Shown here in pieces: positions 25,132 through 34,081 of a stretch of DNA of 64,000 nucleotides. Every line of letters begins with the position of its first letter. The stretch's first letter is position 1. A model generated the notes under the pieces. The model searched no databases. It saw nothing but the letters and a program-made list of their open reading frames with translations, and had not been told where the DNA came from. The position numbers were made by a program, and so were the translations under genes. The stretch lies in assembly GCA_965661285.1 (NCBI GenBank), contig CBFIDD010000003.1, positions 64,001 through 128,000 of the forward strand, in the 5' to 3' direction. This stretch comes from Poseidonia sp. (GTDB lineage Archaea > Thermoplasmatota > Poseidoniia > Poseidoniales > Poseidoniaceae).

Positions 25132-25764
25132 ATGGCCGACGATGAGCGCCCTCGCATCGGCCTCAAAACCGGTTTTCAAGCCGGGGCGTTCATCGGCCTC
25201 TTCCTCGGCTTTTCACTGGCGGTCGTCTCGGCGTTAACGCAACCGGACGAATTGAGCCAGCTGGTCCAGTTGATGTGCATCACGCCCGTAGCATGCGCCA
25301 TGTTGTTGGGACCGTTTCTCGGATGGCGACGAGCACCGCATGTTTCCAACGAAGACCCGATCGAGGCCTTGCGAGCATTGCTCAAACCTTTCAACGAAGG
25401 ACAAGGGAAATGGCGCGTGCTCAGTCATGTTCGCAGCGACGGACGAACCGTGCGCATTGACTTGCACAACTCCACCCAACCGTTGACCATCGTGGCCGCC
25501 ACCCTGGACCTGACCGAGGAGCACCCCATTCGCTACATCGTCGGCAGGGGTGAGTCGAGGAGCAGAGAGCCGGAACTTCGAGGAAGCGTCCTTGCCTATA
25601 TCGAACAGCACGTCGCCCTAAACCGTCGCCGCCGAACCGCCTCGAGCATCGAGGTGCTCCCTCCTTCCATCATCGAGCATATGGAAGCCACCCATCGCAT
25701 GCACCGTCGCTTGTTCTATCTCCTGCCCATCATCCTGTTCTTCGCTTGGCTCGAGATGCGATGA
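25132..25764 (+). CDS. Membrane protein with Smr-like domain
   Basis: Two N-terminal TMs, RIDLHN...RYIVGRG.SRS..PELRGSVLAYI (Smr-like), one C-terminal TM. Confidence 0.6.
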   Translation: MADDERPRIGLKTGFQAGAFIGLFLGFSLAVVSALTQPDELSQLVQLMCITPVACAMLLGPFLGWRRAPHVSNEDPIEALRALLKPFNEGQGKWRVLSHVRSDGRTVRIDLHNSTQPLTIVAATLDLTEEHPIRYIVGRGESRSREPELRGSVLAYIEQHVALNRRRRTASSIEVLPPSIIEHMEATHRMHRRLFYLLPIILFFAWLEMR

Positions 25765-25807
25765 AGCCAACGCAACAGGCTATGAGGGAGGGAAGCGTCC
25801 CAGCATC

Positions 25808-26800
25808 ATGGCCAACGACGTCGGGCGAGCCATGGCCCGCCTCAAACACCGGGACATCCGTACGCGCCGGAGAGCCGTACGGACCCTGTTTGAACAGGAT
25901 GACCCAAGCGTTCTCGACGCCTTCAAGCCCCTGCTTGACGATGAGGACAGTTGGTTTGTGTCCAAAGCGCTTGATGCCTACAGAATGTGGGCCGTGCACG
26001 CAGGCCAGGACGCTGCAGCCACGTTGCTTGAGCATCGCTCGCTTGAGGTACGAAGAGCTGGCGCAAATCTGCTCTCACCGTTGGGCGAAGCCGGCAAATC
26101 ACTTGCCCTTGAAGCGCTCAACGACGATGATGGTGTCGTGCAAAAAAAGGCTGCTCGTGCCTTGTTGTTGTTCGATGATGGGGAGATTGCACAACGGTTG
26201 ATGACCCACACGAACGATGCTGTACGCCTGATTGGTGTCAAGCACCCCGGGCTTGGAAAGGCACAACTGAAAACGGCATTGAAGGACCCTCACGAAGGCA
26301 TCCGCTCCGCCGCTCTTGGTGTGGTGCTCCAAACCAACCTTGAGGTTGAACTGGAAACCATGGTCCCTTTTCTCAAAGCCAACCTCGAAACGGTTGCTAT
26401 CCTCGCATGGGTGGCACAGCACGCACCCAAACGCCTTGCCGAATTTACGCCTTATCTTCAACGTCAACACCTCAAATCCTTGAGCGATCATCTCCGTCAA
26501 CACGTCAAAAGCAGCGATGACGCATTTCTGTCCAGTCTCCTGGAATCGGGCATGCTTGAGCCGGTGGCTCGTTGGGTGCTTCGCCAGGGTGCATCCGAGG
26601 ACCCCCTCCGCTGGAAACTCATCAACGACGGCCGTTTGGACATCATTGAACGCTCGAAATTGCTTGAACGCCTCATTGGTCGGGCCCATGAACCACAGAT
26701 CATCGAACAGGCCAATGCCTTGCTGGCATCAACCGAGGAAGAACTCCTGAAGGTGGCGTGCGAGAACCTATCAACCGCCGCATCCGAAGTTTCATCATGA
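25808..26800 (+). CDS. HEAT repeat protein
   Basis: Repeated LDDEDSWFV, LEHRSLEVRRAGA, LNDDDGVVQKKAA, LKDPHEGIRSAAL. Confidence 0.85.
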   Translation: MANDVGRAMARLKHRDIRTRRRAVRTLFEQDDPSVLDAFKPLLDDEDSWFVSKALDAYRMWAVHAGQDAAATLLEHRSLEVRRAGANLLSPLGEAGKSLALEALNDDDGVVQKKAARALLLFDDGEIAQRLMTHTNDAVRLIGVKHPGLGKAQLKTALKDPHEGIRSAALGVVLQTNLEVELETMVPFLKANLETVAILAWVAQHAPKRLAEFTPYLQRQHLKSLSDHLRQHVKSSDDAFLSSLLESGMLEPVARWVLRQGASEDPLRWKLINDGRLDIIERSKLLERLIGRAHEPQIIEQANALLASTEEELLKVACENLSTAASEVSS

Positions 26801-28605
26801 GCGAGCAAGCCTCAGGACTCTGCTTCTTTGCCGACGCGACGTTAGGCACCAAACACCACCTACAAGCGGGCTTGCGCCTTGAAGGGCCGTTCACGTCCAA
26901 CAGGCTCGTTTTCCGCTTCCCACGGTGGGTACCCGGCTCTTACTTTCTCAGAGAACCCATCCAGCACATGTTCGACTTCGAGGCAACCGACGAGCAAGGA
27001 CGAACGCTGAATTGGAAGCGAGTGGGCGTTGACGGCATCTCCGTATCGCTTCGCAAAGGCAGCAGCACGGTGTCCATCAATTACACCTTGCTGGCCAAGG
27101 AATTGTCGGTGCGCTCCAACCACCTTGATGCCACGCACCTTCACCTGATGCCTCCCTTCACATGGTTTTGGCCAGAACGTGGCATTGAGCAGGAACGCTT
27201 GAACATGGCCCATAGCGTTGAACTTGTGGCGCCAGCATCTTGGACGCCAGCCACGCAATTGACGTTGGTGAAGGAGGCGAAGGATGGACCAAACCGAAGG
27301 TGGTCCTTTACCGCCAGCGACAGGGATATGCTGCTGGACAGCATCATGGAGGTGAACCCCAACAAAGCCATCACCCACGATATTGACGGGCGTACGCACC
27401 ACTTCAAGTGGTGGGACAGTGGAGGCCATCACCCCAACCCCGGCCGGGTTCAATCCTTTGTAGAGGACATGGAAAAAATCGCCAAAGAGCATCACGCCCT
27501 CTTTGGAGTTCCCGATTGGCCCGATTACACGACGGTCTTGCACCTCACGGACACCGGCCGGGGTGGCCTCGAACACATGAATTCGCAAACCTCGATGATG
27601 CCAAGGGCATGTTTATTCCCCGATCATGAAGACGAATACCGCGACCTTATCAGCCTGTTTTCCCACGAGTACCTTCACCAGTGGAACGTGAAGCGGTTGC
27701 GCCCGAAATGCTTCCTTGATTACGACCTTCAGAGCGAGGTTCACACCGACCTCTTGTGGTGGTTTGAAGGTGGAACGTCCTGGTTGGGTGATATGATGTG
27801 CGTGCGCTCCGGTGCATGGTCGGAAAAGGATTGGCGACTTGATTTTGAACGCAAAATGAAACGCCACACTACGGGAAACGGCATGCACCGAGAATCGCTG
27901 GCTGAATCCAGCCATGATGCGTGGATACACCTCTATAGAAGCGGACCCTACACAAGGGAAAGCCAAATCTCCTACTACCTTGAGGGCGAATTGGCCATGT
28001 TGTGCCTTGATGCTGAATTGCGCCGTCGAAACAACAACACCTTCGGGGCCTGCGATTTGATGGTCGAACTTGTTCAACGCTTTTCGATTGACGCCGAAGA
28101 GGCCGAGGAGATCGGCGTGGACTACAACGACATTCGAGCCACCCTCAAGAGCTGCCCAGGCGGTGCATCGATGGGGCCGTTCCTCGACCGCCTCGTTCGC
28201 CAACGCGCGCTTCCCAACGTGCAACGCGCCCTGTCGTCCTTCCGGCTCAAACTCGTGCCCCACGCCAGCGATAAAGAAGGAAAGGCATGGCTGGGCGTGA
28301 ATCTTCGAGAAAGCGCTGGAAGGGTGCTCATCACCACCTACCATGCTGGTTCACCCCTCCGTGAATGCACGCAAGTCGGCGATGAACTGGTGGCTGTTGA
28401 CGGGGTTCGTATCAAATCCTCCAACCACCTCAAGAAACTCATTGGCGGAAGAACCGGCGATACCGTGACCGTGGAAATCGTTCACGAAGGCATCCTTGCC
28501 AACATTGAGATCTCCTTGCCTGCATCACCCCAGCACGGCGTTACGCTCAGCGGGAAGGGGAATGCGAAGTGGCGGGCGTGGATCACAACCCGCCAGGCGA
28601 ACTGA
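26797..28605 (+). CDS. M61 glycyl aminopeptidase with C-terminal PDZ domain
   Basis: PRWVPGSY, GGLEH, SHEYLHQWNVKRLRP, WWFEGGT, ISYY.G; PDZ GDELVAVDG; ATGA overlap with the HEAT gene. Confidence 0.9.
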   Translation: MSEQASGLCFFADATLGTKHHLQAGLRLEGPFTSNRLVFRFPRWVPGSYFLREPIQHMFDFEATDEQGRTLNWKRVGVDGISVSLRKGSSTVSINYTLLAKELSVRSNHLDATHLHLMPPFTWFWPERGIEQERLNMAHSVELVAPASWTPATQLTLVKEAKDGPNRRWSFTASDRDMLLDSIMEVNPNKAITHDIDGRTHHFKWWDSGGHHPNPGRVQSFVEDMEKIAKEHHALFGVPDWPDYTTVLHLTDTGRGGLEHMNSQTSMMPRACLFPDHEDEYRDLISLFSHEYLHQWNVKRLRPKCFLDYDLQSEVHTDLLWWFEGGTSWLGDMMCVRSGAWSEKDWRLDFERKMKRHTTGNGMHRESLAESSHDAWIHLYRSGPYTRESQISYYLEGELAMLCLDAELRRRNNNTFGACDLMVELVQRFSIDAEEAEEIGVDYNDIRATLKSCPGGASMGPFLDRLVRQRALPNVQRALSSFRLKLVPHASDKEGKAWLGVNLRESAGRVLITTYHAGSPLRECTQVGDELVAVDGVRIKSSNHLKKLIGGRTGDTVTVEIVHEGILANIEISLPASPQHGVTLSGKGNAKWRAWITTRQAN

Positions 28606-29026
28606 AATCGCCCAGCGTCTGCAGGGTTTCCAAGGCCACGAAAATCGGAGGCATGTCCTCTTTGACGATATGACGGCTGGTCTTTGGCGGGAAGCAATCT
28701 CCTGAAAGTGCCATGTCGATGACCTCGCGCTTCGTGAGTGAATCACGCCCACAACCAGGCCATACGTCCAATTCAACCAGCTCGTTCTCCAAATAATCAA
28801 CGCACAGCGCAGGGACACGCTTGAGGTTGAGCAAGGCTCCAATGGAATGGCGATGGTGGCCATCAAGAATCGTGCCGGTTTGTTTGTCGACGAGCAAAGG
28901 TTTGGTGTAGCCACCCCAACGCTTCGTCATTTCGAGCAGCTTGTCGCGGTTCCTCACCTTGATCTCTTCGTGAGGCTTCAACCACGCCATAGGAACGAGG
29001 ACGACATCTTCTTCACTCCACGACAT
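28583..29026 (-). CDS. ParB/Srx-fold protein, short SerK-like (ADP-dependent serine kinase family)
   Basis: LKPHE, KPLLV, ILDGHHR, VDY, TKREV....SG..FPPKTSRH. Confidence 0.7.
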   Translation of the reverse strand: MSWSEEDVVLVPMAWLKPHEEIKVRNRDKLLEMTKRWGGYTKPLLVDKQTGTILDGHHRHSIGALLNLKRVPALCVDYLENELVELDVWPGCGRDSLTKREVIDMALSGDCFPPKTSRHIVKEDMPPIFVALETLQTLGDFSSPGGL

Positions 29027-29098
29027 TGGCCTTCGGAGCCACCCTTGTCACATAATGCTTTTTCACAGTCTGCCCAATAGAGCGGAAAGAGGGGAGGC

Positions 29099-30463
29099 AT
29101 GGTGGGAAGTCCGACGCTAACCCGAGGCTTACCTGCCGACCTCGAAGGAGAGCCGTGTCCCCCCCAACTGGTACGGTGGCTTGCAACCCTCCCCGGCGAG
29201 CTCCTTTCCATCCTCGAAACCATCGCCACACAGGGCGAGGGAGCCTGGCTGGTTGGTGGTTGTGTCCGAGATGCTTGGCTGGGGACGCCTTCAACCGACA
29301 TCGACATCTGCACAACATGTCCACCCGACAAGATGATGACCGTTTTCGGGGATCGAGCCATTCCGACAGGCATTGACTTTGGGACGGTCACCATCAAAGG
29401 TGGAGACGGGCATTTTGAAGTCACAACCTTACGTACAGAATCGCTCTACAGAGACGGACGACGACCAGAGCGCGTGGAATGGGGCCGGTCGCTCAAGGAA
29501 GATTTGAGCCGACGAGACTTCACCTTCAACAGCATGGCTGTTGATGTTGCTCGCCAGCGGCTCTATGACCCCCATGGTGGATTGAAGGACCTCCGCAACA
29601 AAACCGTACGAGCCGTTGGTGATGCGGGTCTACGATGCGAGGAAGATGCACTTCGTATCTTGCGAGCCTATCGGTTCATGCGACGAGACGACGGCCCGCT
29701 CTGGACGCTCGAACCTTCCCTCCACAGCGCCATCATCAAACACAGCGCTCGATTGAACATGGTGGCCATCGAACGCCGCTGGATGGAACTGAAGAAAATG
29801 GTGAACGCCCCACGCCCTGGCGAAGTGCTCAATCGAATGCAGGACGACGGTGTCTTGCGATTTTGCTTCACCCGGCTGGCCGTGCTGAATGCGACGTTGT
29901 TTCGTCTTGTTGACCAACACGCCCTTCAATCGCTCGCATTGCACCAACGGCTGGCCTTCTTGATGTGCGAACATGACACAAAGGAGGTCATCGCCCAACT
30001 GCGCGAGTTGCGCACATCGAATGAACTGCAGCGAGCCACGGCTTCCTTTCATGAACAATTGGGACATTTACCCGAGGCCCGAAGCGGGCCGCTTCGAGTG
30101 TTCAATTATGTGCTTGGACCCGCCGCAAAGCAGCATCTTTACGCCCACCAGGTCATGGCTGAAGAAAACATCAACCTTCACACCGGACTTCGGGCGACAA
30201 GCGAGGCTGTGAGTGAAGTGGTGAAGGCATGGTCAAAACTCGGGCCGACACCGGACAAGGCAACGTGCTTGGTTGACGGCCACTGGATCATGGCCAGAAC
30301 CGGCGCGACCGAAGGCATGCGCTTGGGGCGACTAAAACAGTGGCTTCATCGTATCCAAATCGAAGAGAACCTCACTACGGTGGGGGAAATGGAAGTCGCC
30401 TTGAGCAAACTCCCGTTTGAACACGGTGATGTAGAGGGCTGGCCAAGGCCCGTATTCCCATGA
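29099..30463 (+). CDS. cca: Class II (bacterial/eukaryotic-type) tRNA nucleotidyltransferase
   Basis: VGGCVRD...DIDI, EVTTLRTE..Y.DGRRP, EDLSRRDFTFNSMA, EEDALRILRAYRF. Confidence 0.88.
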   Translation: MVGSPTLTRGLPADLEGEPCPPQLVRWLATLPGELLSILETIATQGEGAWLVGGCVRDAWLGTPSTDIDICTTCPPDKMMTVFGDRAIPTGIDFGTVTIKGGDGHFEVTTLRTESLYRDGRRPERVEWGRSLKEDLSRRDFTFNSMAVDVARQRLYDPHGGLKDLRNKTVRAVGDAGLRCEEDALRILRAYRFMRRDDGPLWTLEPSLHSAIIKHSARLNMVAIERRWMELKKMVNAPRPGEVLNRMQDDGVLRFCFTRLAVLNATLFRLVDQHALQSLALHQRLAFLMCEHDTKEVIAQLRELRTSNELQRATASFHEQLGHLPEARSGPLRVFNYVLGPAAKQHLYAHQVMAEENINLHTGLRATSEAVSEVVKAWSKLGPTPDKATCLVDGHWIMARTGATEGMRLGRLKQWLHRIQIEENLTTVGEMEVALSKLPFEHGDVEGWPRPVFP

Positions 30464-30506
30464 AAACCGGCATCAATTTGATGACGGTGGACGGGCTGGT
30501 AGATTC

Positions 30507-31580
30507 ATGGCGGCCATCCAACTTCCCGAAGAAGCCGTGTTCAACCGACGAGTTGAAGCCATTTCAAATCGCATCGAAGGCATCACCAACAGCAACACCA
30601 TGGCTGGTTTGCTGAACTCCAATTTCAAAAAGTGGCTCTCCAATTCGGCGATGTCCCCCGTGAAACTGACCGAAGAACTCGATACCAACGCCGACCAGCG
30701 CATTTCAGGCGAAGAATTTGCGACATTGCTCGGAAAAATGACGGGAGAGCGCCCCCCTGAATGGGTGGTTGAAATCGTCTTCTCATTTGTCGAGGCCGAC
30801 CCGAACGACGGCATCCCCATCAACGACTGGATGGCGTTTCTCGCGGCGAGTGGTCTGGACATGCCCGAGGAATTGTTCGAGAAGAAAATTGAGGTCACGG
30901 GCAGCATCGCCATCCTTGACGAGGTGATCCTTGCAAGTCAGCCGTTCTCGGTGACCGTTTCCTTCAACACTGATGTTGTAGCGTATGAATTTAACGTCGT
31001 TGATGCCAACACGGGCAAGGCTCTAGACGAGATATTGACCCCAAATGCGGCCATGGACCGTCCCGATTTTGATGAATTCACGCTTGAAATCGACGAGCCT
31101 GCCGAGTATCTCGCCGAGCTCAAGCACCTTGGTGTCCGCTTGGACAGGCAAATGTTCACGATTTTACCGCTCCCTTCTCCTCAGAAGGAGGTTCATGAAG
31201 AACATCGTGAAGAGCCTGAACACGACATGCCCGAAGAAAACACCGATTCGCATGCCACGGTCGATGTTGATGACGGATTCCATGGCTTTGTCGCCACGAT
31301 TGAAACGGCAAAACTTCGCAGCGACGCCCAAGCCATCATCGCCGATGCACCGGCTTACTCCGTCAAGGCAACCATCACTGCGGTCTCGCGAACCTTGATT
31401 GGAGAAGGCGTGTATCGAAACGGCTTCACCGCGCACTGCACCGAAGACAGCGGCGCCAACTTCCGAGTCATGCTCAAGCCAACAGAAGATGCACCACAAC
31501 CCGGTGGGCGATTTGAGCAAAGCGTGGCGGTGCACGATTGGGACGTGGCCCTCAGGCAACTCATCTGTCGTGAGTTGTGA
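30507..31580 (+). CDS. Hypothetical protein with EF-hand-like loops
   Basis: DTNADQRISGEEF canonical-looking EF loop plus a second degenerate loop; acidic composition. Confidence 0.65.
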   Translation: MAAIQLPEEAVFNRRVEAISNRIEGITNSNTMAGLLNSNFKKWLSNSAMSPVKLTEELDTNADQRISGEEFATLLGKMTGERPPEWVVEIVFSFVEADPNDGIPINDWMAFLAASGLDMPEELFEKKIEVTGSIAILDEVILASQPFSVTVSFNTDVVAYEFNVVDANTGKALDEILTPNAAMDRPDFDEFTLEIDEPAEYLAELKHLGVRLDRQMFTILPLPSPQKEVHEEHREEPEHDMPEENTDSHATVDVDDGFHGFVATIETAKLRSDAQAIIADAPAYSVKATITAVSRTLIGEGVYRNGFTAHCTEDSGANFRVMLKPTEDAPQPGGRFEQSVAVHDWDVALRQLICREL

Positions 31581-31585
31581 GGCGT

Positions 31586-32755
31586 TCACTTCAGAGCTCG
31601 GGCAATAACGATGCGCTGCACTTCTTGTGTACCCTCGTAAATCTGTGTAATCTTAGCATCCCTGAAGAATCGCTCCACGGGGAATTCCTTGGTATAGCCG
31701 TAGCCACCGAGCACCTGAATGGCTCGTTCAGAGACCCACATGGCGGTATCACCGGCAAACAATTTGGCCATGCTGGCCTCTTTGGAATGACGGGGTCCGT
31801 CGGCGTGGTAGTGCTGCTCTTTGGTCCAGGCCGCTTTGTAGACCAAGAGGCGAGCTGCCTCAATTTGGGTCGCCATGTCAGCGAGGTAGGCCATAATCAT
31901 CTGATGGTAGGCGATCGGTTTCCCGAAAGCCTCGCGCTCGTGTGCGTATTGCAAAGCGGACTCGTACGCCCCCTGGGCGATGCCCAAGGCTTGGGCAGCA
32001 ATGCCAATGCGGCTGTTGTCAAGGGCGTTCATGGCAATCGGGAACCCGTTGCCGACGCCCTTGATGGCGTTTTCAATCGGCACTTTGCAGTTGTTGAGCA
32101 CCAAGGTGCAGGTGTCTGACGAGCGAATACCCAACTTGTCCTCTTTCTTTCCGACAGAGAACCCTTCGTAGGCAGCATCAACGATGAACGCCGTGGTACC
32201 GCCGTGCTTCTTCGTCCCGTAATCGGGGTGGTCGACATCTTTGGCGAACAGAACGATGATTTGCGCTTGAGCGCCGTTGGTAACCCACATCTTTTCCCCA
32301 TTGAGGATGTAATGCTTGCCGTCGTCAGAGAGTTTGGCTTTGCATGACATGGCAGCAGCGTCGGTTCCCGCCCCAGCTTCAGAAAGTGAGTAGGCGCCTA
32401 CTTCGCCTGCTGCGAGGCGCGGGAGGAAGGTTTCTTTCTGGTGGTCGTCGCCGTGAAGCGCGATGGTCATGGAACAGAGACCAACATGCACACAGTACAT
32501 GACGGCGAAAGAGGGGTCAACACGCGCCAGTTCCTCGATGATGATGGCCTCAGAAACATCGTCGATGGGTGAGCCGCCATACGCTTCGGGAATGGTGATG
32601 CCGTGAAGGCCGTATTCGAGAAAGGCCTGCCACTCTTCGGAGGGTGGAATTTGGTTCTGGTCTCGATGTTCGACCGTGGGTGCCAGCACCGTTTCAGCGA
32701 AGTCTCTTACCAGTTCTCGAATCATCTGTTGTTCGTCGGTTTCGCCGAAGTTCAT
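31586..32755 (-). CDS. Acyl-CoA dehydrogenase
   Basis: SLSEAGAGTD, NGEKMWVTNG, KLGIRSS, QVLGGYGY, IYEGTQEVQR. Confidence 0.95.
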   Translation of the reverse strand: MNFGETDEQQMIRELVRDFAETVLAPTVEHRDQNQIPPSEEWQAFLEYGLHGITIPEAYGGSPIDDVSEAIIIEELARVDPSFAVMYCVHVGLCSMTIALHGDDHQKETFLPRLAAGEVGAYSLSEAGAGTDAAAMSCKAKLSDDGKHYILNGEKMWVTNGAQAQIIVLFAKDVDHPDYGTKKHGGTTAFIVDAAYEGFSVGKKEDKLGIRSSDTCTLVLNNCKVPIENAIKGVGNGFPIAMNALDNSRIGIAAQALGIAQGAYESALQYAHEREAFGKPIAYHQMIMAYLADMATQIEAARLLVYKAAWTKEQHYHADGPRHSKEASMAKLFAGDTAMWVSERAIQVLGGYGYTKEFPVERFFRDAKITQIYEGTQEVQRIVIARALK

Positions 32756-32804
32756 GCCCTCACCACCCTTGCCAACATGAGGAGTTTCTTAACCCGTTTG
32801 ATTC

Positions 32805-32824
32805 GGAAAAATTACATTTTTTCC
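32805..32824. promoter_or_regulatory. Putative operator palindrome between the divergent acyl-CoA dehydrogenase and H-protein-like genes
   Basis: GGAAAAA-TTACAT-TTTTTCC, perfect 7-bp arms. Confidence 0.4.
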
Positions 32825-32873
32825 CTCAGTCTTCATATACCACCTGTGGAAGCCGCGTTATGAGGCAGCAAAG

Positions 32874-33299
32874 ATGGATGACGACATCATTGAATTTGTG
32901 ATTGCACAAGACCGAAAATATTCGATGGACCACCTCTGGTTTCAACAGAAAGACCAGAAGCTCATGATCGGCGTGAGTGAATTCCTCCGCGTTGAAATCG
33001 GTGATGTGCTCCGTGTGATTTTGCCGCAGGCTGAGACGGAAATTGACGAAGGAGGTAGCCTCTTCTCCATCTGGACGGCCGAGGAAAAAGTCTCCCTGAC
33101 CTCTCCCTTCTCCGGCATCATCTCCGACGTGAACGGCGAAGTGGAGATCAACCCCGACTTGGTCAACGATTCGGCATACAACGACGGCTGGATCATCCTG
33201 CTCGAACCCCACGAGTTGCAGTTGAACCCCGACGACAAGCAACTGCTCGAGAACCTGATGGAGCACAACGAGTACGTCGAGTTCCTCGCCGAGTTGTAA
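32874..33299 (+). CDS. Glycine cleavage H-protein homolog lacking the canonical lipoyl lysine
   Basis: YSMDHLW, IGVSEF...IGDV, SPFSG...VN, PDLVN.S.Y.DGWI; ESVK is replaced by WTAE. Confidence 0.8.
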   Translation: MDDDIIEFVIAQDRKYSMDHLWFQQKDQKLMIGVSEFLRVEIGDVLRVILPQAETEIDEGGSLFSIWTAEEKVSLTSPFSGIISDVNGEVEINPDLVNDSAYNDGWIILLEPHELQLNPDDKQLLENLMEHNEYVEFLAEL

Positions 33300-33363
33300 A
33301 ACGAAGCCAGCGCACGACCCCTTCGTCCCTAAGGATGATGAACTCACATCTCAACCGACGGCC

Positions 33364-33936
33364 ATGAGCGATGCCATGGACCAACTCAAGGCGAGTTTAC
33401 AGAACGCTCCAGTCATTTGGAAAGGCGATTATCCCTACTTCATTCATCCCGTGACCGATGGCGTCCCACGAATGGACCCCCGCGTTCTTCACGCCATCAC
33501 AGAACTCGCCGTCGAGCGCATTGATTGGGACAACATCGACGTGATTCTTGGTATCGAAGCGATGGGACTCCCGCTGACCGCACCGCTGAGCATGGCGACC
33601 GGCATTCCACTGGTCATCGCGCGAAAACGCTCTTACGGCCTTGATGGTGAAGTGGAAATCGATCAGTCCACCGGCTACTCAAAGGGTGCGATGTACCTCA
33701 ACGACTTGCATGAAGGTGAACGCATCGCCATCGTTGACGATGTCCTCTCAACGGGCGGCACGCTTGAAGCGGTCATCGAAGGCGTCAGCCGGTCGGGAGC
33801 AAAGGTTACTGAAATCATGGCTGTTGTCGAAAAAGGTGAGGGATTGGCGCACCTGCAAAACCTCCATCCAGACATTCGAATCCAATCCCTGGTTCGCTTG
33901 ACCATGGACGGCGATACCATCGTCTTGCTGGATTGA
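33364..33936 (+). CDS. hpt: Archaeal purine phosphoribosyltransferase (HGPRT/APRT family)
   Basis: YPYFIHPVTDG, EAMG, ARKR.Y, PRPP motif IVDDVLSTGGT. Confidence 0.88.
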   Translation: MSDAMDQLKASLQNAPVIWKGDYPYFIHPVTDGVPRMDPRVLHAITELAVERIDWDNIDVILGIEAMGLPLTAPLSMATGIPLVIARKRSYGLDGEVEIDQSTGYSKGAMYLNDLHEGERIAIVDDVLSTGGTLEAVIEGVSRSGAKVTEIMAVVEKGEGLAHLQNLHPDIRIQSLVRLTMDGDTIVLLD

Positions 33937-34052
33937 CACTCCTCGATGAGTTTCCCAACCTTTCCCCGGAGGCTGAAAGACCGATGGCAACTTCGGGAAC
34001 GTGTTAAGATGTGCAGGTCTCGTAGCCGTTGTTGGAAGATTTTGAACAATTC

Positions 34053-34080
34053 TTTATTACACAAAAGCCTAGGGTTTTGT
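34053..34080 (+). promoter_or_regulatory. TATA-like box plus 20-bp operator-like palindrome for the GAF-rhodopsin unit
   Basis: TTTATTA at 34053-34059 followed by ACAAAAGCCTAGGGTTTTGT (34061-34080; 9 of 10 arm positions pair), ending 1 bp before the ORF start. Confidence 0.55.
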
Positions 34081-34081
34081 T

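Noticed and set aside
33937-34052. tRNA or structured ncRNA in the larger intergenic gaps
   Set aside because: No cloverleaf or T-loop consensus was recognised here or in the other gaps inspected.
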